64,000 nt of DNA from contig JBBSWF010000136.1 in the NCBI GenBank assembly GCA_038046365.1, positions 3,681 to 67,680 on the forward strand. The letters run 5' to 3'. Source of the stretch: Nanobdellota archaeon. GTDB taxonomy: Archaea > Nanobdellota > Nanobdellia > Woesearchaeales > JAGWAF01. Each line of letters opens with the position of its first letter. The first letter of the stretch is position 1. This document shows positions 49,701 to 52,961 of the stretch, one piece after another. The notes below the pieces were generated by a model. That model had not been told where the DNA came from and made no database searches. It was given only the letters and a program-made list of their open reading frames with translations. Made by a program: the position numbers and the translations under genes.

Positions 49701-51894
49701 AAAAGAATTGAGTGGAAAACAACAGAACACGCTAGATTCTATCTTAGATGGAAACCTAAAAACCAAAAATGCCATAGTCTACTTAACAGAGTTCGAGCCC
49801 AAAGAAATAAAAGAGCAAATCAGCGAATCGGCCAGAGAGTTCGGCCTCGACACCTTCGAGATCGGCGAAAACGTCAAAGATACAGAGACACAGGCCTCAA
49901 TAACCAAATCCCTGCAAAACTTCGCAGCCAACTCAAAGAGGGCAATGGACACATACAACCAGAACGCCAGACTAAAAGGCGAACCAACACGCACACTTAA
50001 AAACAGCGTAAAGGCAGATTACGACCCCTCAACTAAAGAAATAGAAGTCACCTACCAGGACAACGCAGGAGGAATCGACATCGAGACAGTCAGGAAAAAC
50101 CTTGAAAAAAAATGGAAAACGATATCAGAAGTCAGACAAAAATTAAGGGATATTGGAATATTTGCTGCGGACTCCCCGCAAGACCAATTGACAGATTATG
50201 AAGTCATCCACAGCATACTGCTAAAAGGCGTCACCACAAAAGTAGAAGAAGAAGGCGAGCATGGAATAGGACTCTTTGGAGTAGTCGAAGAAATGAAACA
50301 TAGCGGAGGCTGGACAACAAAAATAGACTGGAAAACCAAGGAAACCGCTGCAAAATACAAGCCGCCAGTAAGCATAGAGCAGGTCAAAGACCCGGACGGA
50401 AACGTAATCGGAACAAAATTCACACTGAGAATGAAATCGACAGATACACCGCGATTCCTGCTCGAATACCCACGAACGATGATAGCCAAGATGAGAGCGA
50501 TAGAACCTGAATCAATAGTCCAGGAAGCGTTAGTCGAGAGCGCGATGCAGACTGAAGCGGGCAATCCCATGACGCCGATGGAGGTCGCGACAGCAAAACT
50601 ACAGGCGAGGCTTGAATCACTTGGGCTGCAAGGCAAGAAGCTGGAGGACGCCTTGTCGAAGAAGCTGGAAGAAGTGCAGAGGGTAATGCCGGAGCAAGCA
50701 GAGCCTGAGAGCGCGCGATTCAAGCCGATAGAGAAGACCGAATTGATCAAAACAAATCTGGACAAGTATCTAACCAAGGCGACAGGCAGGACATTAGAGA
50801 CATTACAAGAGCTGATCCAGACCGATGAACAAGGGAACGTGTTCTTCATCGACGCTGATGGAAAACCGCATATAGAGATAACACAGTACGTGGGAGACCT
50901 AATATCTAACCTGCTCGACAGGATCGCCTTGAAGATGTTGATAGGCGAAAAAGACGAAGCGAAAGCTTATGCCCTGAAACTCGCAGACATCGTCGACGCT
51001 ATGATAAGCCAGGTCGAGACCGGATCGGCGATAGGCATACTAAAAGATCATGTAGAGGCAGCGCAGAAGACAGAAACATACAACCTGATGAAAGAAGCAT
51101 GGTATGCTAACAAAGACAAGCTTCTGGCAGAGCAGACCGAAGACACATTAAAACCCATACAGGACGCCTTACTCAAGTACAAGAAAGAGGTGTCAAACAC
51201 CTACACATACTCCGAAAGCTACCCTGCAGCGGCCGACGCGCTGGCGAAAAGACTCGCTGAAATGCAGACGATCCCACCGGCACAGGCAGAGACATCGGTC
51301 GCGATAGCGCCTACTGTCAGTGAAAAGGTCCCGAAGACCAATAGCAGGGGATACATACCGATGCGCGACGTGATCGCGAAAGGAGGGGCAGAGCAGCACA
51401 AGATGACCCTGCAGGTCAGCGGGAACCGCCTGCTAGTCGACGGAAAACCAGTCCAGGGGATAACCATCAAAGGGGACATGGCCACGATAACAGGCGAGCA
51501 GTACACAAGCTGGGAGTCGGCGATGGCATTCGCCAGAAATGAAGCGATACCGCCAGGGGTGGATGGATTCACCTACGTCGCAGAACCAGGAAGGATGGCT
51601 GGGAATACTCAGGATGAGATAAAGAAGACCCTCGGAGCAGCGAGCACAGAGGCGGTGATAAAAATCAGGTTCATCGCCCCCATTGAGAAGATATGGGTGA
51701 AATCAGAGAAGGCTAAGCCGTTCAAACTAGCGGTGGAAGAGGGAATAGACACTTACCTCATATCCGATATGGACGTAGTGGACTTGAGAGAAAAACCTCA
51801 GGATCAAGAAGCAATAGCACGATTAGGAGCGGCCACTTCAGGGTTTATGATAGATTATGACTTCGAGGTCGGAATACCTGAAGAAGTCCTGTAA
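28783..51894 (+). CDS. Giant 7,703-aa multi-pass, multi-domain protein of unknown function
   Basis: Single uninterrupted ORF of 23,112 nt. It has an N-terminal signal/anchor, four or more hydrophobic clusters, long coiled-coil-like tracts, and the recognisable modules listed as sub-features below. Confidence 0.85.
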   Translation: MKRRHLDQLIALLMIILIVDTPLVQGAATASTPAAGAGALAKTPEQVKQELTDKKEVKVENNIDSVNKALKETGEIHKDSKIDVPPEGNVERTSTGVRITAGTAEVNLDKGAKATVKMQQTLTGKLVAGAVGLVKDYNLAQTSAGQKVAAIADLVGFSGSFEEGMTAAVGLLGGQTHTTEVESETRSGKKTKRKISGGKTTVTRKGDVKVKTDKGEQETDITDFEEGTVIGGNTAIDKKNNAIASFQGQNVELSTAPDGSLRISGKGGKVSAYISVEDKYGEKGSSGTLRGTATTTDDTGWITIGHKNGETVISGQKATFVSTPNEKDIANYKPWSVSADDFSVKIDNHNQLSEARFKNGYLEPNPGRKITDSVPPLNNDYVQYFAKGTRELALNQQYSKVIIDESMWKGAVKDEFFRNGQGGEKDIIEGKQNGFFVTAKTIKPDPNEPGSKVSRRYFIENIDPKSKAGFLGFVTSEVYIPGKDGKSMMADGKPTSIKWGALMVKGKDGTLKPHVALMDESINTAALFKKNPSSIAPNVGVEFGPWKVDADKSGIMAASETKRGRQYGLFLANDALTAKTTEWRAEYTRREDAAIAAKQAALKALEGGGFTSAQIKEAQQIFAKLGVKKTAEDLKVMYYLDKKDAKSAADIATSRDNRRMVADAFSQSTDPSQQKTAMSMWGDLAKTAATEREGEELRRNILNLDGRLTGKTTFGQVDTLADEIAQGRANSKEYYKNDLEGSIRLMDANQRLADAVNFQGVDTEKRREADYISEIRSGGDAKAKTYELAVASDRIGLEQDAKDNYDLVRSHPDYYGGTNSDIVKNANARSKVIGDHLEQVVARQQAQLPAEELKKLGKSELEKIAKTLSGGSHSNEMRILGELYERRGQHDLAKQTYELGLVSSDLGAGSAAEKSLGQGRQTAMINTAVEQLPRLIQSNDFKGARALIEGISNDQKQKMEEYINNAENTKNTQDLIKNGNFAEAEATAKKITDAKTRETLLFRTYALSNDLTKLTESTSSFKDAGARDAAYDYLATTYEQRGLRASAEGLIDKIAGISPEEKALRKAMMYAGTDVSKKEHFLKQAEAILTREGAQNKEEYNMNMARYSALIGRNKDVVDSWYAAAIGDLQKAKQGATPEIIARLTEQEKSFTKEVQTLRAMDTNTRISEYTKKFSELGSQRETLRNQEGYLWNSEEIRNKVNTVNQKTAEAQKEYAAYFSTLSSAYIGLERWRIENGQYPDTPQIKQMKLDALKAAEESQRIMNKWASIPEITYRPEEIALNELTARGRELTTGIFLSNEIDGINKVQNDLTKALLEKQYGDRYAQYKLAENGGDIQKTLAAVRDDKTKFDQQLKNPYMDDIGRNNIRTFQTIVGNSLGTLEVATKPDLKVDSQTFSYLSAMRGNEINTVSRFKELNQIPLTDIERPMVDQQIYQLKASQDALSAKMYERLDTYTPTVRASIDKMTATTSVAAGVVKNNEITSFDKGLWGTGIRRFTDNLLQGSIGQAFESLADVSLASTYWSLGSDYDSTYSTYNKAFTDTIQSSKAARQLNEIAQMYPGVDIYDSKNLGKLTPEQQWIVQESIFKTKPQSIEEAYGGKSDSTYYTSGEAWKGATNLGNLGKVAASMAVAAVTTGGLGWLAGAIGLTKNVGTTTTAAANFLTNAFAFTVADEAINQIATGRYDASKFADTEFGTKLATNLVTFGAMHALGSATKPLSSYISGEGKAAIEAASKATTQPGGKAATAVIEAATKPISLPRSILAKSTEIGLTSAGMGAVFGTAEYVQRRLNGEILTAEDILTGYGSAALNGLIFTSLHQAATTAVTTAGTKVSSYLTEKALSSSAENVIKTATQFATKIGLDLRDPNKVADTLARAKLQQEGISAPTQEQVALAKSSIPKETINRATNPTASPVERAEPLRQIGRYLARTIAESQITEAEVLQKAKTLDNRGVGLEKMPETERAGLIERARQGLVEERIRNDLSRAKGNDALESQVRKGLTDAIEQEAAKPGEAILPWSDITDYQMAEAQYRKLTGQAELSSIDQKMFTLRGALPEEAFKKIIESSDYQGWIARQKTIEMDILSARQTLGELRTTAEALKGPEATSTKKPPLQDSTAYKDARVALEPTRLGTERMVLTNELSEARTSATDAQRELERLGSLADKPIENEAAFKEQAQSRGMTSEEARQEATRQATQRLEEANTKKTQLEAQLKENGDNILTANLEKAILQSPDSAVPVAAEARATSILAEITRVNQEKQRLSQTETSAKERARQLGEYERALNEALLKAHEQLNRAKAAVDSESPGVLDLLGRGGAYLTSRENLLKTKNELETAQARKIFSEDLIKRVEDAKKSRQIPNVEEIARKLAQESTDSRYARFANDAAEGIAKKAMTAEQTIESARSAAAERLDEAETRYKLAVKQFAEGQKQLLFDDNALAAQARMADAQMNAESTKAMLEKAKTAMSMAETNSIIQAMDLAMLIGDPQIKGILENINGISMLETGRSEAETVKAKDLRREEINRIVNEKMTGIEAAPGSAEHQAKLETEIKAAEAATAGKLTEYSQQAKQKVQEALQMMKAEAAQSTQKIRTADAKKTLEDIVKAEASKGNHAQIADTVRRETGLSNQDLVKLMGSERGKAPVIEERILEDREYSAQEKDSLERRVNEIEMKRKYSPLTIEETLELYRADKQARLLRLIDAKQQEVSDLVSSQGRQEGETATILEARISKARNELADLRTKKEASIKTSNEKLNLLQTLELRGWEYMTNKMGAGGRLANFDPFQVEAESIAYAQHLMGASTAMAGGKSSFVGPGILETSRSTLGMKGVFLTTQGLAFAQNQIMAEKFAMLGRKVYFLDGLDKLADRLTKTQEADFVVVGDQTIGFLLTKLWDPNTPVNERLAAKGIIGELTTNRHIFADEADSVWKPKNRYISGGKQTSPPVEKLAIASSVNTIFERMGLYVLDKNGNEAYRAKIVDGSEQTSIKTIASATSLPESEIIRFLENRNSIIREGFSDRSLSEAGSKLNAEQARKIYDAFTALKEKTKFKQEFYDELATRVATETGLTTGQVKEIFRNPNKANWNDAKVAKAIEYLEAINEFGDFMGKYKGHDYFYLESEQRIIPGKSGAPQKDQRYSNAYTALAAEYVGAKAYGQKANTEAVKVSGKAVEASLPQFYTMAERGGSFVTSMTGDPGAAEATMSLTLGMKWSASDVITKKLFGTDTKAGDWLERGLLRVTGVGANRADALDWIVSNAKTLERSGGVENKNKVYAIVSLLKGLENREISEKLTKDPRFEHITTVIESGTAELGTWTIRTKSGEVWSEKKISEAEFAEYKRRFANGEMKNTLIILGEGASRGTDIPMLRDIPWIAIGETESIKSEAQQMITRAGRVPGEEPTIHLIVSGGAKITAAELRRSMESAESYANRANAVEGAISALDGIGNDFFNQYSVRNMMGADSTAFRVNEALRDTFKGTAGKNLEITPGLESIKDSIKKKIDSAVQFWKEIQELRENPDKINDPKYAKIKNALKETLSDEISKGGDTPQVYRDALKRYFDSLSAGEEARAKALAVNPGELKTRTGDVTAGKPLFGATDYVEWADTFSKTFSEKDLPAVRSGKTAEAAIVMPAAEARLRQKKIALDEIIPLAERAEQSADAQRAAREEITRIMPEREAPAVQIAPTITSTWSSSYLSPALTRAAGYASAIGLYGVGTTLSNAASAASAATTETSATLLTALSHASTDPATLGVAILTAATAIAWTPLRNAATAFLKPTAETIAEGLESPNEALRQAAQNKLTKMGNVGARAAAKKLASKNSQTREQAYELLMQFGQTANGAEQQIMDAVTDPTETIDNKQRGIQALQSMKTTQSINTLKRIVDGTNKEAAYMAKLALEVMGIDETPVKADFPVEANKEQTAARPENQIAAGESVTIRGSTRTIERAKERLEKENIEIKIGQRTISIIKDENDGQIKILSEGKSLTLNPGDSITAGRDPQNTIDISDSQVSRNHLRINYDKESDLITITDLQSSNGSTITSKIETKALTTEEKTKTLAPEEKSVIGLYTRVSDAIYSPVEQMPKISQDEIIIDSTFGDPKKAYDKLKQTGLLPDIKIVAEGSEYLISPPFLLKGVRPAHIVFVKTPGNYKYHMQVAYRSNSASTYRLLPWIARYPIKGKETDWYVKGIMIPQGSDRPTSADENMLNYPFVITHEMNKRLLREKSIQAEPPLPVITSLSPYGGTFLPQGIETLKGLSKEVRTETFDIKNDPPIDIGTQSQPEIDFVIRDAEIAFGRNAMQLFIRSKSGQKIYRFVQAEYLVQDAATGKKRFITKTSLAGIEEIGNGVNDYGLRHKQIAQSNPILNIGGIEYDSQLQEFLYEHPVRGARQERVLEQLPDGTTKPTPYTAVPNELEPLIQQADQFFKKYGRRKEPEGPLSSISISQEESPAESRPTAELYEQISTAVQQPTKEPKDDAIEALDKAARDALKQGDEAAQNAIRTLTRINTRMSANTIIKLLEDKISDATIIKILTEETSGLKPYALSEEMERVKNLGVLPKLTSESADTQKEAVRFLGVNGNGLDLPRLTELKTTTQDPELSRIIKESIDSIRGRMVELSLQSLPAGIRTRISMKDDSTTDMIIGKYDLTKNQIIGQVGGERKILNSNEIKKIQIEGEDYMILGERRTFKTKNKYVTLPIHPDIDIVPELKEFGKVRAPSAKPTEPERAPARLIEGVISAASNIPVIGIAAGIFGLPGLAEAGQAMSTAAQAAASAIQVVPDSPGMMMATLAGGLLFAAGRRIYNRYFAAPVVELPTGPPITITIHGIDGRERSVTFEQFTAKNPIDINPIIDALSSEDTWPEAARLITDAFQEEGHETGIIRGANGEIIVHLKETLPAIETANALEKQTGIKTNCGTGSTNCAGHETKDEIELLIGKMGSGDPEEVKIVSDQLTRLGAVAVPSLILGAKNPNILIRESSLVVLGNIGGNPAISTLLDAINDKDDKVRLTAALALMKIDPSVIEGMGGNFLKVTLTLIDILARTPEENKQKILTRVTSLGEPVVPYFIVALSARNPDYAFEAYHSLIAIGKPAVSPLKSLFLNKNSGIRDTAVLALGEIGAQSEADESQRSGPPYTIRLASEIRVFLEDNLDDFDPGEVRGAVLYTLGQLKLNTWTVIDQMLNGLTRSDPYVRIMAARGLGELGNKHPTILNALIRYMDEGTFMFEGSINDRNAAVKSIGKLGVDILPDIIGKYLKASDEKSRHNLFLVMIAIKNLNPDKKERIFEVIRQSGLPQNFKELWNELSANDYALINEYSELISSQGTSRTGLENAIDTGLPVKRSSRSDGHYKDDDFSKQKDLLSLTTLIVLSELIHYLHTGQGKSDLGQIISRDLLDWGSEAGGLVVYKNGKLSFERYEPRCRGDNCRYIISEKLDADSPHALFSWHNHATKLLGNAEIAGPSGWHSAQDVSGGGDIGTAEQENKDGVVITYLGENKFNVNYYTYDGIVINLGDYSWDTSKVPLLTKEKIGELEKVYSENVVRRSDVIDNELERLLITTKNDCDSGAIPGAACSAMQTALETTNYDDKVNKIIMAQSALATPSIVAPDISKPPTDAEKSLNQKFGTLINKAQRPLDESVLEETLAARDYTTPQTMPEETAAPEVTTQPVTELLTGLPGLVEAGQITSSTMQTAPDSPLAVMATVTAGLAITAGRSIYNYFSPIGDTAGSRTARIGMIAAGALLAAPATAWAGQMLMSSPDMAISIAQTSTNPPALAASMLMGALGTLIGTVFGGYKIPPSPIRHVNKRIGPGDRYWNPTASESNVDTLRAQNDQGELLAAIIKTGEIGELVTAYASVDETGQITALTARKEELPPADIHLSIVWDGQLERYTGVEALTALTSADQSKIVDDIATAAAQANTMMEKKGGASILALVPTIEAKERSIATAIAAGAVETARSVKINFAVEGFSGPQIVRDSSRRYLISQWPSSEPALIRGLSALKPAAVIESAAILGEMRSKAAVPRLGQIASDPKRWANTNAIEALAKIDTPEAQEQIINAMNNAQGPKYKARRMFDATQLSKTTPNPQTHERALNTLIKEYDADAKTDTMIQTAKIIRNYVKEAEKHGLKSPSAIKYLKDRLLTESAQSFYWVDIHISDQIALIITLGEIGPQAEPATEKILSWIEGAIASGGVYYQDLDSAYEAIGAIKPQSKQDIDRIRDMILKNQNVYGDRKSTDLIKGLIPALGKIGKAATPTLLKLLRPQTLPEHSELVKRSLVSIGADAVAQIIPEIATVESEIANLKRQIGRYPTDIYLSVRASDLQTAKISLIDVLGLMKNQAKGAIDLLKTQLEQSKKSGNVDLNKHIIQAIGEIAPEEAIDSLIDTIKTQEKLKQLAIEQIGKIGQNEQTPKTREAATKATQPLIDVIKQSLDRSTEEGPPPGREYTIPAIESLGKISTQSEKKQQIIEFLTKALDESNKAHNTALAKENYAILEIQATVISALSEGGKDAKAAIPTIIDAIETASSRFETEPHSGSLVINAAASAIPKIGSDSRTAAAIERELAKNEDWKIPASEIGRARLEMARQANSEALRKALSDLAQKGDINAAMAIHDETALMNAGDEAVKALLERVYQINKDTREPLKAQWEVEMIAKIGTEQAVASLKELIRGDDGLANLAFYSARVHAIRDIEPAALASVSRNLGAKEDTPQAQARSGAIVYLVLMGSEEAAKELTDMMLREEGESRVKTQLKNAADTIREDARRESDIRSQEELSKKKALALADRFSKKDGITGCAGGECIETDGIAAQIRQMTEAGHISELMDYLESLSEEMGNFERSVGIKQEIRPEIDDTLTDLETTRVMVETHTKQLQKEFSLSDGQQKKMMLMYLASPEDLRSQLISFWHDILNPMNIVTGYTYMLREDKETQKLLERELTIQTNKLNELVEMVRSGKEWDFSKQSRPGLLLLYAHQIQALNEILTRNYLAIQPYRKELSGKQQNTLDSILDGNLKTKNAIVYLTEFEPKEIKEQISESAREFGLDTFEIGENVKDTETQASITKSLQNFAANSKRAMDTYNQNARLKGEPTRTLKNSVKADYDPSTKEIEVTYQDNAGGIDIETVRKNLEKKWKTISEVRQKLRDIGIFAADSPQDQLTDYEVIHSILLKGVTTKVEEEGEHGIGLFGVVEEMKHSGGWTTKIDWKTKETAAKYKPPVSIEQVKDPDGNVIGTKFTLRMKSTDTPRFLLEYPRTMIAKMRAIEPESIVQEALVESAMQTEAGNPMTPMEVATAKLQARLESLGLQGKKLEDALSKKLEEVQRVMPEQAEPESARFKPIEKTELIKTNLDKYLTKATGRTLETLQELIQTDEQGNVFFIDADGKPHIEITQYVGDLISNLLDRIALKMLIGEKDEAKAYALKLADIVDAMISQVETGSAIGILKDHVEAAQKTETYNLMKEAWYANKDKLLAEQTEDTLKPIQDALLKYKKEVSNTYTYSESYPAAADALAKRLAEMQTIPPAQAETSVAIAPTVSEKVPKTNSRGYIPMRDVIAKGGAEQHKMTLQVSGNRLLVDGKPVQGITIKGDMATITGEQYTSWESAMAFARNEAIPPGVDGFTYVAEPGRMAGNTQDEIKKTLGAASTEAVIKIRFIAPIEKIWVKSEKAKPFKLAVEEGIDTYLISDMDVVDLREKPQDQEAIARLGAATSGFMIDYDFEVGIPEEVL
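33649..34250 (+). other. Giant ORF: transmembrane cluster 1 (about 5 hydrophobic helices)
   Basis: KVAASMAVAAVTTGGLGWLAGAIGL, AAANFLTNAFAFTVA, LATNLVTFGAMHALG, IGLTSAGMGAVFGTA and GSAALNGLIFTSL. Confidence 0.5.
37100..39000 (+). other. Giant ORF: SecA-like DEAD motor ATPase (NBD1, insertion, NBD2)
   Basis: AMAGGKSS (Walker A, K2804), IFADEADSVWKPKNRYISGG (DEAD at aa 2916-2919), SMTGDPGAAEATMSL, GEGASRGTDIPM and ESIKSEAQQMITRAGRVPGE. These are collinear with the SecA motifs [26 protein letters not shown], GMTGTAxTEAxEF, NMAGRGTDI and [18 protein letters not shown]. Confidence 0.65.
39830..40055 (+). other. Giant ORF: hydrophobic cluster 2
   Basis: YLSPALTRAAGYASAIGLYGVGTTL ... LGVAILTAATAIAWTPL. 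Confidence 0.4.
40093..40455 (+). other. Giant ORF: HEAT-like repeat block 1
   Basis: SPNEALRQAAQNKLTKMGNVGARAAAKKLASKNSQTREQAYELLMQFG... follows a PBS-lyase/HEAT-like periodicity. Confidence 0.45.
40699..40875 (+). other. Giant ORF: FHA (forkhead-associated, phosphothreonine-binding) domain
   Basis: LTLNPGDSITAGRDPQNTIDISDSQVSRNHLRINYDKESDLITITDLQSSNGSTI carries the G-R ... S-x-x-H ... N-G pattern (G3985, R3986, S4000, H4003). Confidence 0.7.
43000..43161 (+). repeat. Giant ORF: internal repeat copy 1 (hydrophobic hairpin motif)
   Basis: GLPGLAEAGQAMSTAAQAAASAIQVVPDSPGMMMATLAGGLLFAAGRRIYNRYF (aa 4740-4793). Confidence 0.6.
43550..44600 (+). other. Giant ORF: HEAT-like repeat block 2
   Basis: GSGDPEEVKIVSDQLTRLGAVAVPSLILGAKNPNILIRESSLVVLGNIGGNPAISTLLDAINDKDDKVRLTAALALMKIDP, then NSGIRDTAVLALGEIG and SDPYVRIMAARGLGELG. 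Confidence 0.65.
44920..45150 (+). other. Giant ORF: possible JAB/MPN (JAMM) metalloprotease-like site
   Basis: E5384 (WGSEAGGLVVY), H5430-N-H5432 (FSWHNHATK) and S5450-A-Q-D5453 (WHSAQD). The H-to-S spacing is longer than the classic HxHx7Sx2D. Confidence 0.35.
45754..45891 (+). repeat. Giant ORF: internal repeat copy 2 (hydrophobic hairpin motif), followed by further hydrophobic helices to about 46130
   Basis: GLPGLVEAGQITSSTMQTAPDSPLAVMATVTAGLAITAGRSIYNYF (aa 5658-5703). Similarity is also visible at the nucleotide level: GGACT(G/A)CCTGGACT..GA.GCAGGACA. Confidence 0.6.
46690..48900 (+). other. Giant ORF: HEAT/ARM-like repeat block 3 (about 2 kb)
   Basis: Recurrent units include AILGEMRSKAAVPRLGQIASD, AIEALAKIDTPEAQEQII, LIPALGKIGKAATPTLLKLL, IIQAIGEIAPEEAIDSLIDTI, IPAIESLGKIS, VISALSEGGKDAKAAIPTIIDAI and MIAKIGTEQAVASLKELI. 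Confidence 0.55.
49411..50440 (+). other. Giant ORF: histidine-kinase module (HisKA-like H-box plus HATPase_c)
   Basis: The H-box is LISFWHDILNPMNIVTGY (H6887). The N-box-like motif is NFAANSKRAMD, G1 is YQDNAGGIDIE and G2 is EHGIGLFGVVEE. The module ends ...GTKFTLRMKS. Confidence 0.7.
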
Positions 51895-52281
51895 GACCTC
51901 GCGCACATCCTCCCAATCAAGGCCGCCCAAACCGGCGCCTATGCAAGGCAGGGCCAATCTCCTGATGTCCCATGAGACATAATTGTCCAAGATCTTCTCG
52001 CAGCAAGACTCAATATTGTCAAGCGAGGCGCCGACTAGGTCTTTTTGAGTAGCCATGTTGACCACATGAGGCAACTGACTGACGCTGCTGCGATAGAAGA
52101 ACACATCACCCGGCTTGAAATCACCTGACACGCATCGAGACTTATACTCCTCGAACATCGCAGGATACTTCTCCTTGAACATCGTGGCGATACCTGCGTC
52201 CATCCGGCCCTGGCAGTTGCAGCCATGGCCGATGGCGTCGGCGCTGCAAGTGAACAGATCGCCTGTCCTCTCAAGGTACAT
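51838..52281 (-). CDS. Stand-alone macrodomain protein, TARG1/OARD1 (DarG-macro)-like ADP-ribose hydrolase
   Basis: 147 aa. GDLFTCSADAIGHGCNCQGRMDAGIATMFKEKYP and LALPCIGAGLGGLDWEDV are collinear with remembered human TARG1 ([34 protein letters not shown] ... LSMPRIGCGLDRLQWENV). Its 3' end overlaps the giant ORF by 57 nt. Confidence 0.7.
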   Translation of the reverse strand: MYLERTGDLFTCSADAIGHGCNCQGRMDAGIATMFKEKYPAMFEEYKSRCVSGDFKPGDVFFYRSSVSQLPHVVNMATQKDLVGASLDNIESCCEKILDNYVSWDIRRLALPCIGAGLGGLDWEDVREVLQDFFRYSDLEVIIYHKP

Positions 52282-52875
52282 CTAAACATCACCCAAACAC
52301 TTGAACAGATAGTCAAATCCTAGGCGCTCATTGGATAGCTGCTGATCCACAATCCCAGCGCAGGCATTGGACTTGAAAAGTTCTTTAGTGGCATCAAACC
52401 CGTACATAAGCCTTGATACAGATGAGGCCATCCAACGCTCGTAACCCGCCCGCTTAGACTCTTCAAAGATATTTAGATTCCTAGATACATCAATAGCAGA
52501 CGGGACAGCACCCCTAGAGGAGCAGACATAAAGACGCATCGAGCCAGGACGCAGCAGAAGGAGCTTATCGACAATAGGAACGACCGCTGAACAGAACCGT
52601 GAGAAGTCCACAAACTCCGCAATGCTTGGGTCAGAGATATCATCCAGGCAGGCATAAGGGACCAGACCACCGAAAGGGACGTACAGACAGGCGAATCTTG
52701 AAAGCCTAGAATCTGCATCGGATGGCTTGTGAAGAAAAACAAAAGGCAAATCATCAAAATCAGCATAGAACAGGTGCCCCCTCCGGAAGCCGACCTTGGA
52801 GTCAGGCGCACTTGAGCGCAATCGCGCCTCCAAACCACGACCTATATAGATAGGGGACAGGGATCTAGGAACCAT
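52282..52875 (-). CDS. Hypothetical protein translationally abutting the macrodomain gene
   Basis: 197-aa ORF. Its stop at 52282 is directly adjacent to the macro ATG at 52281. No family was recognised. Confidence 0.5.
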   Translation of the reverse strand: MVPRSLSPIYIGRGLEARLRSSAPDSKVGFRRGHLFYADFDDLPFVFLHKPSDADSRLSRFACLYVPFGGLVPYACLDDISDPSIAEFVDFSRFCSAVVPIVDKLLLLRPGSMRLYVCSSRGAVPSAIDVSRNLNIFEESKRAGYERWMASSVSRLMYGFDATKELFKSNACAGIVDQQLSNERLGFDYLFKCLGDV

Positions 52876-52961
52876 TGGGGCACTAGAATAATCCGCTTTT
52901 TAAAGGTGTTGCGAACCTTAAAAAAGGGATTTGAGGCCTAGCGACACCTCCGATTCAATGA

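Noticed and set aside
28520-51572. Dozens of minus-strand and alternate-frame ORFs of 60-420 aa inside the giant gene (for example 33939..34841, 35544..36812, 42774..43475, 46365..47078).
   Set aside because: All are Ser/Ala/Cys/Leu-rich low-complexity translations of the antisense or shifted frames of one long ORF with purine-rich, Glu/Lys/Ala-biased codons. None shows a motif, and they tile the giant ORF continuously.
52282-52875. Calling the macrodomain partner a DarT (DUF4433) DNA ADP-ribosyltransferase.
   Set aside because: Only a YVPF tetrapeptide and an AEF tripeptide resemble remembered DarT motifs, and they occur in the wrong order. There is no YHxTH-like N-terminal motif and no C-terminal QAEFLV. 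It is kept as an unknown protein.
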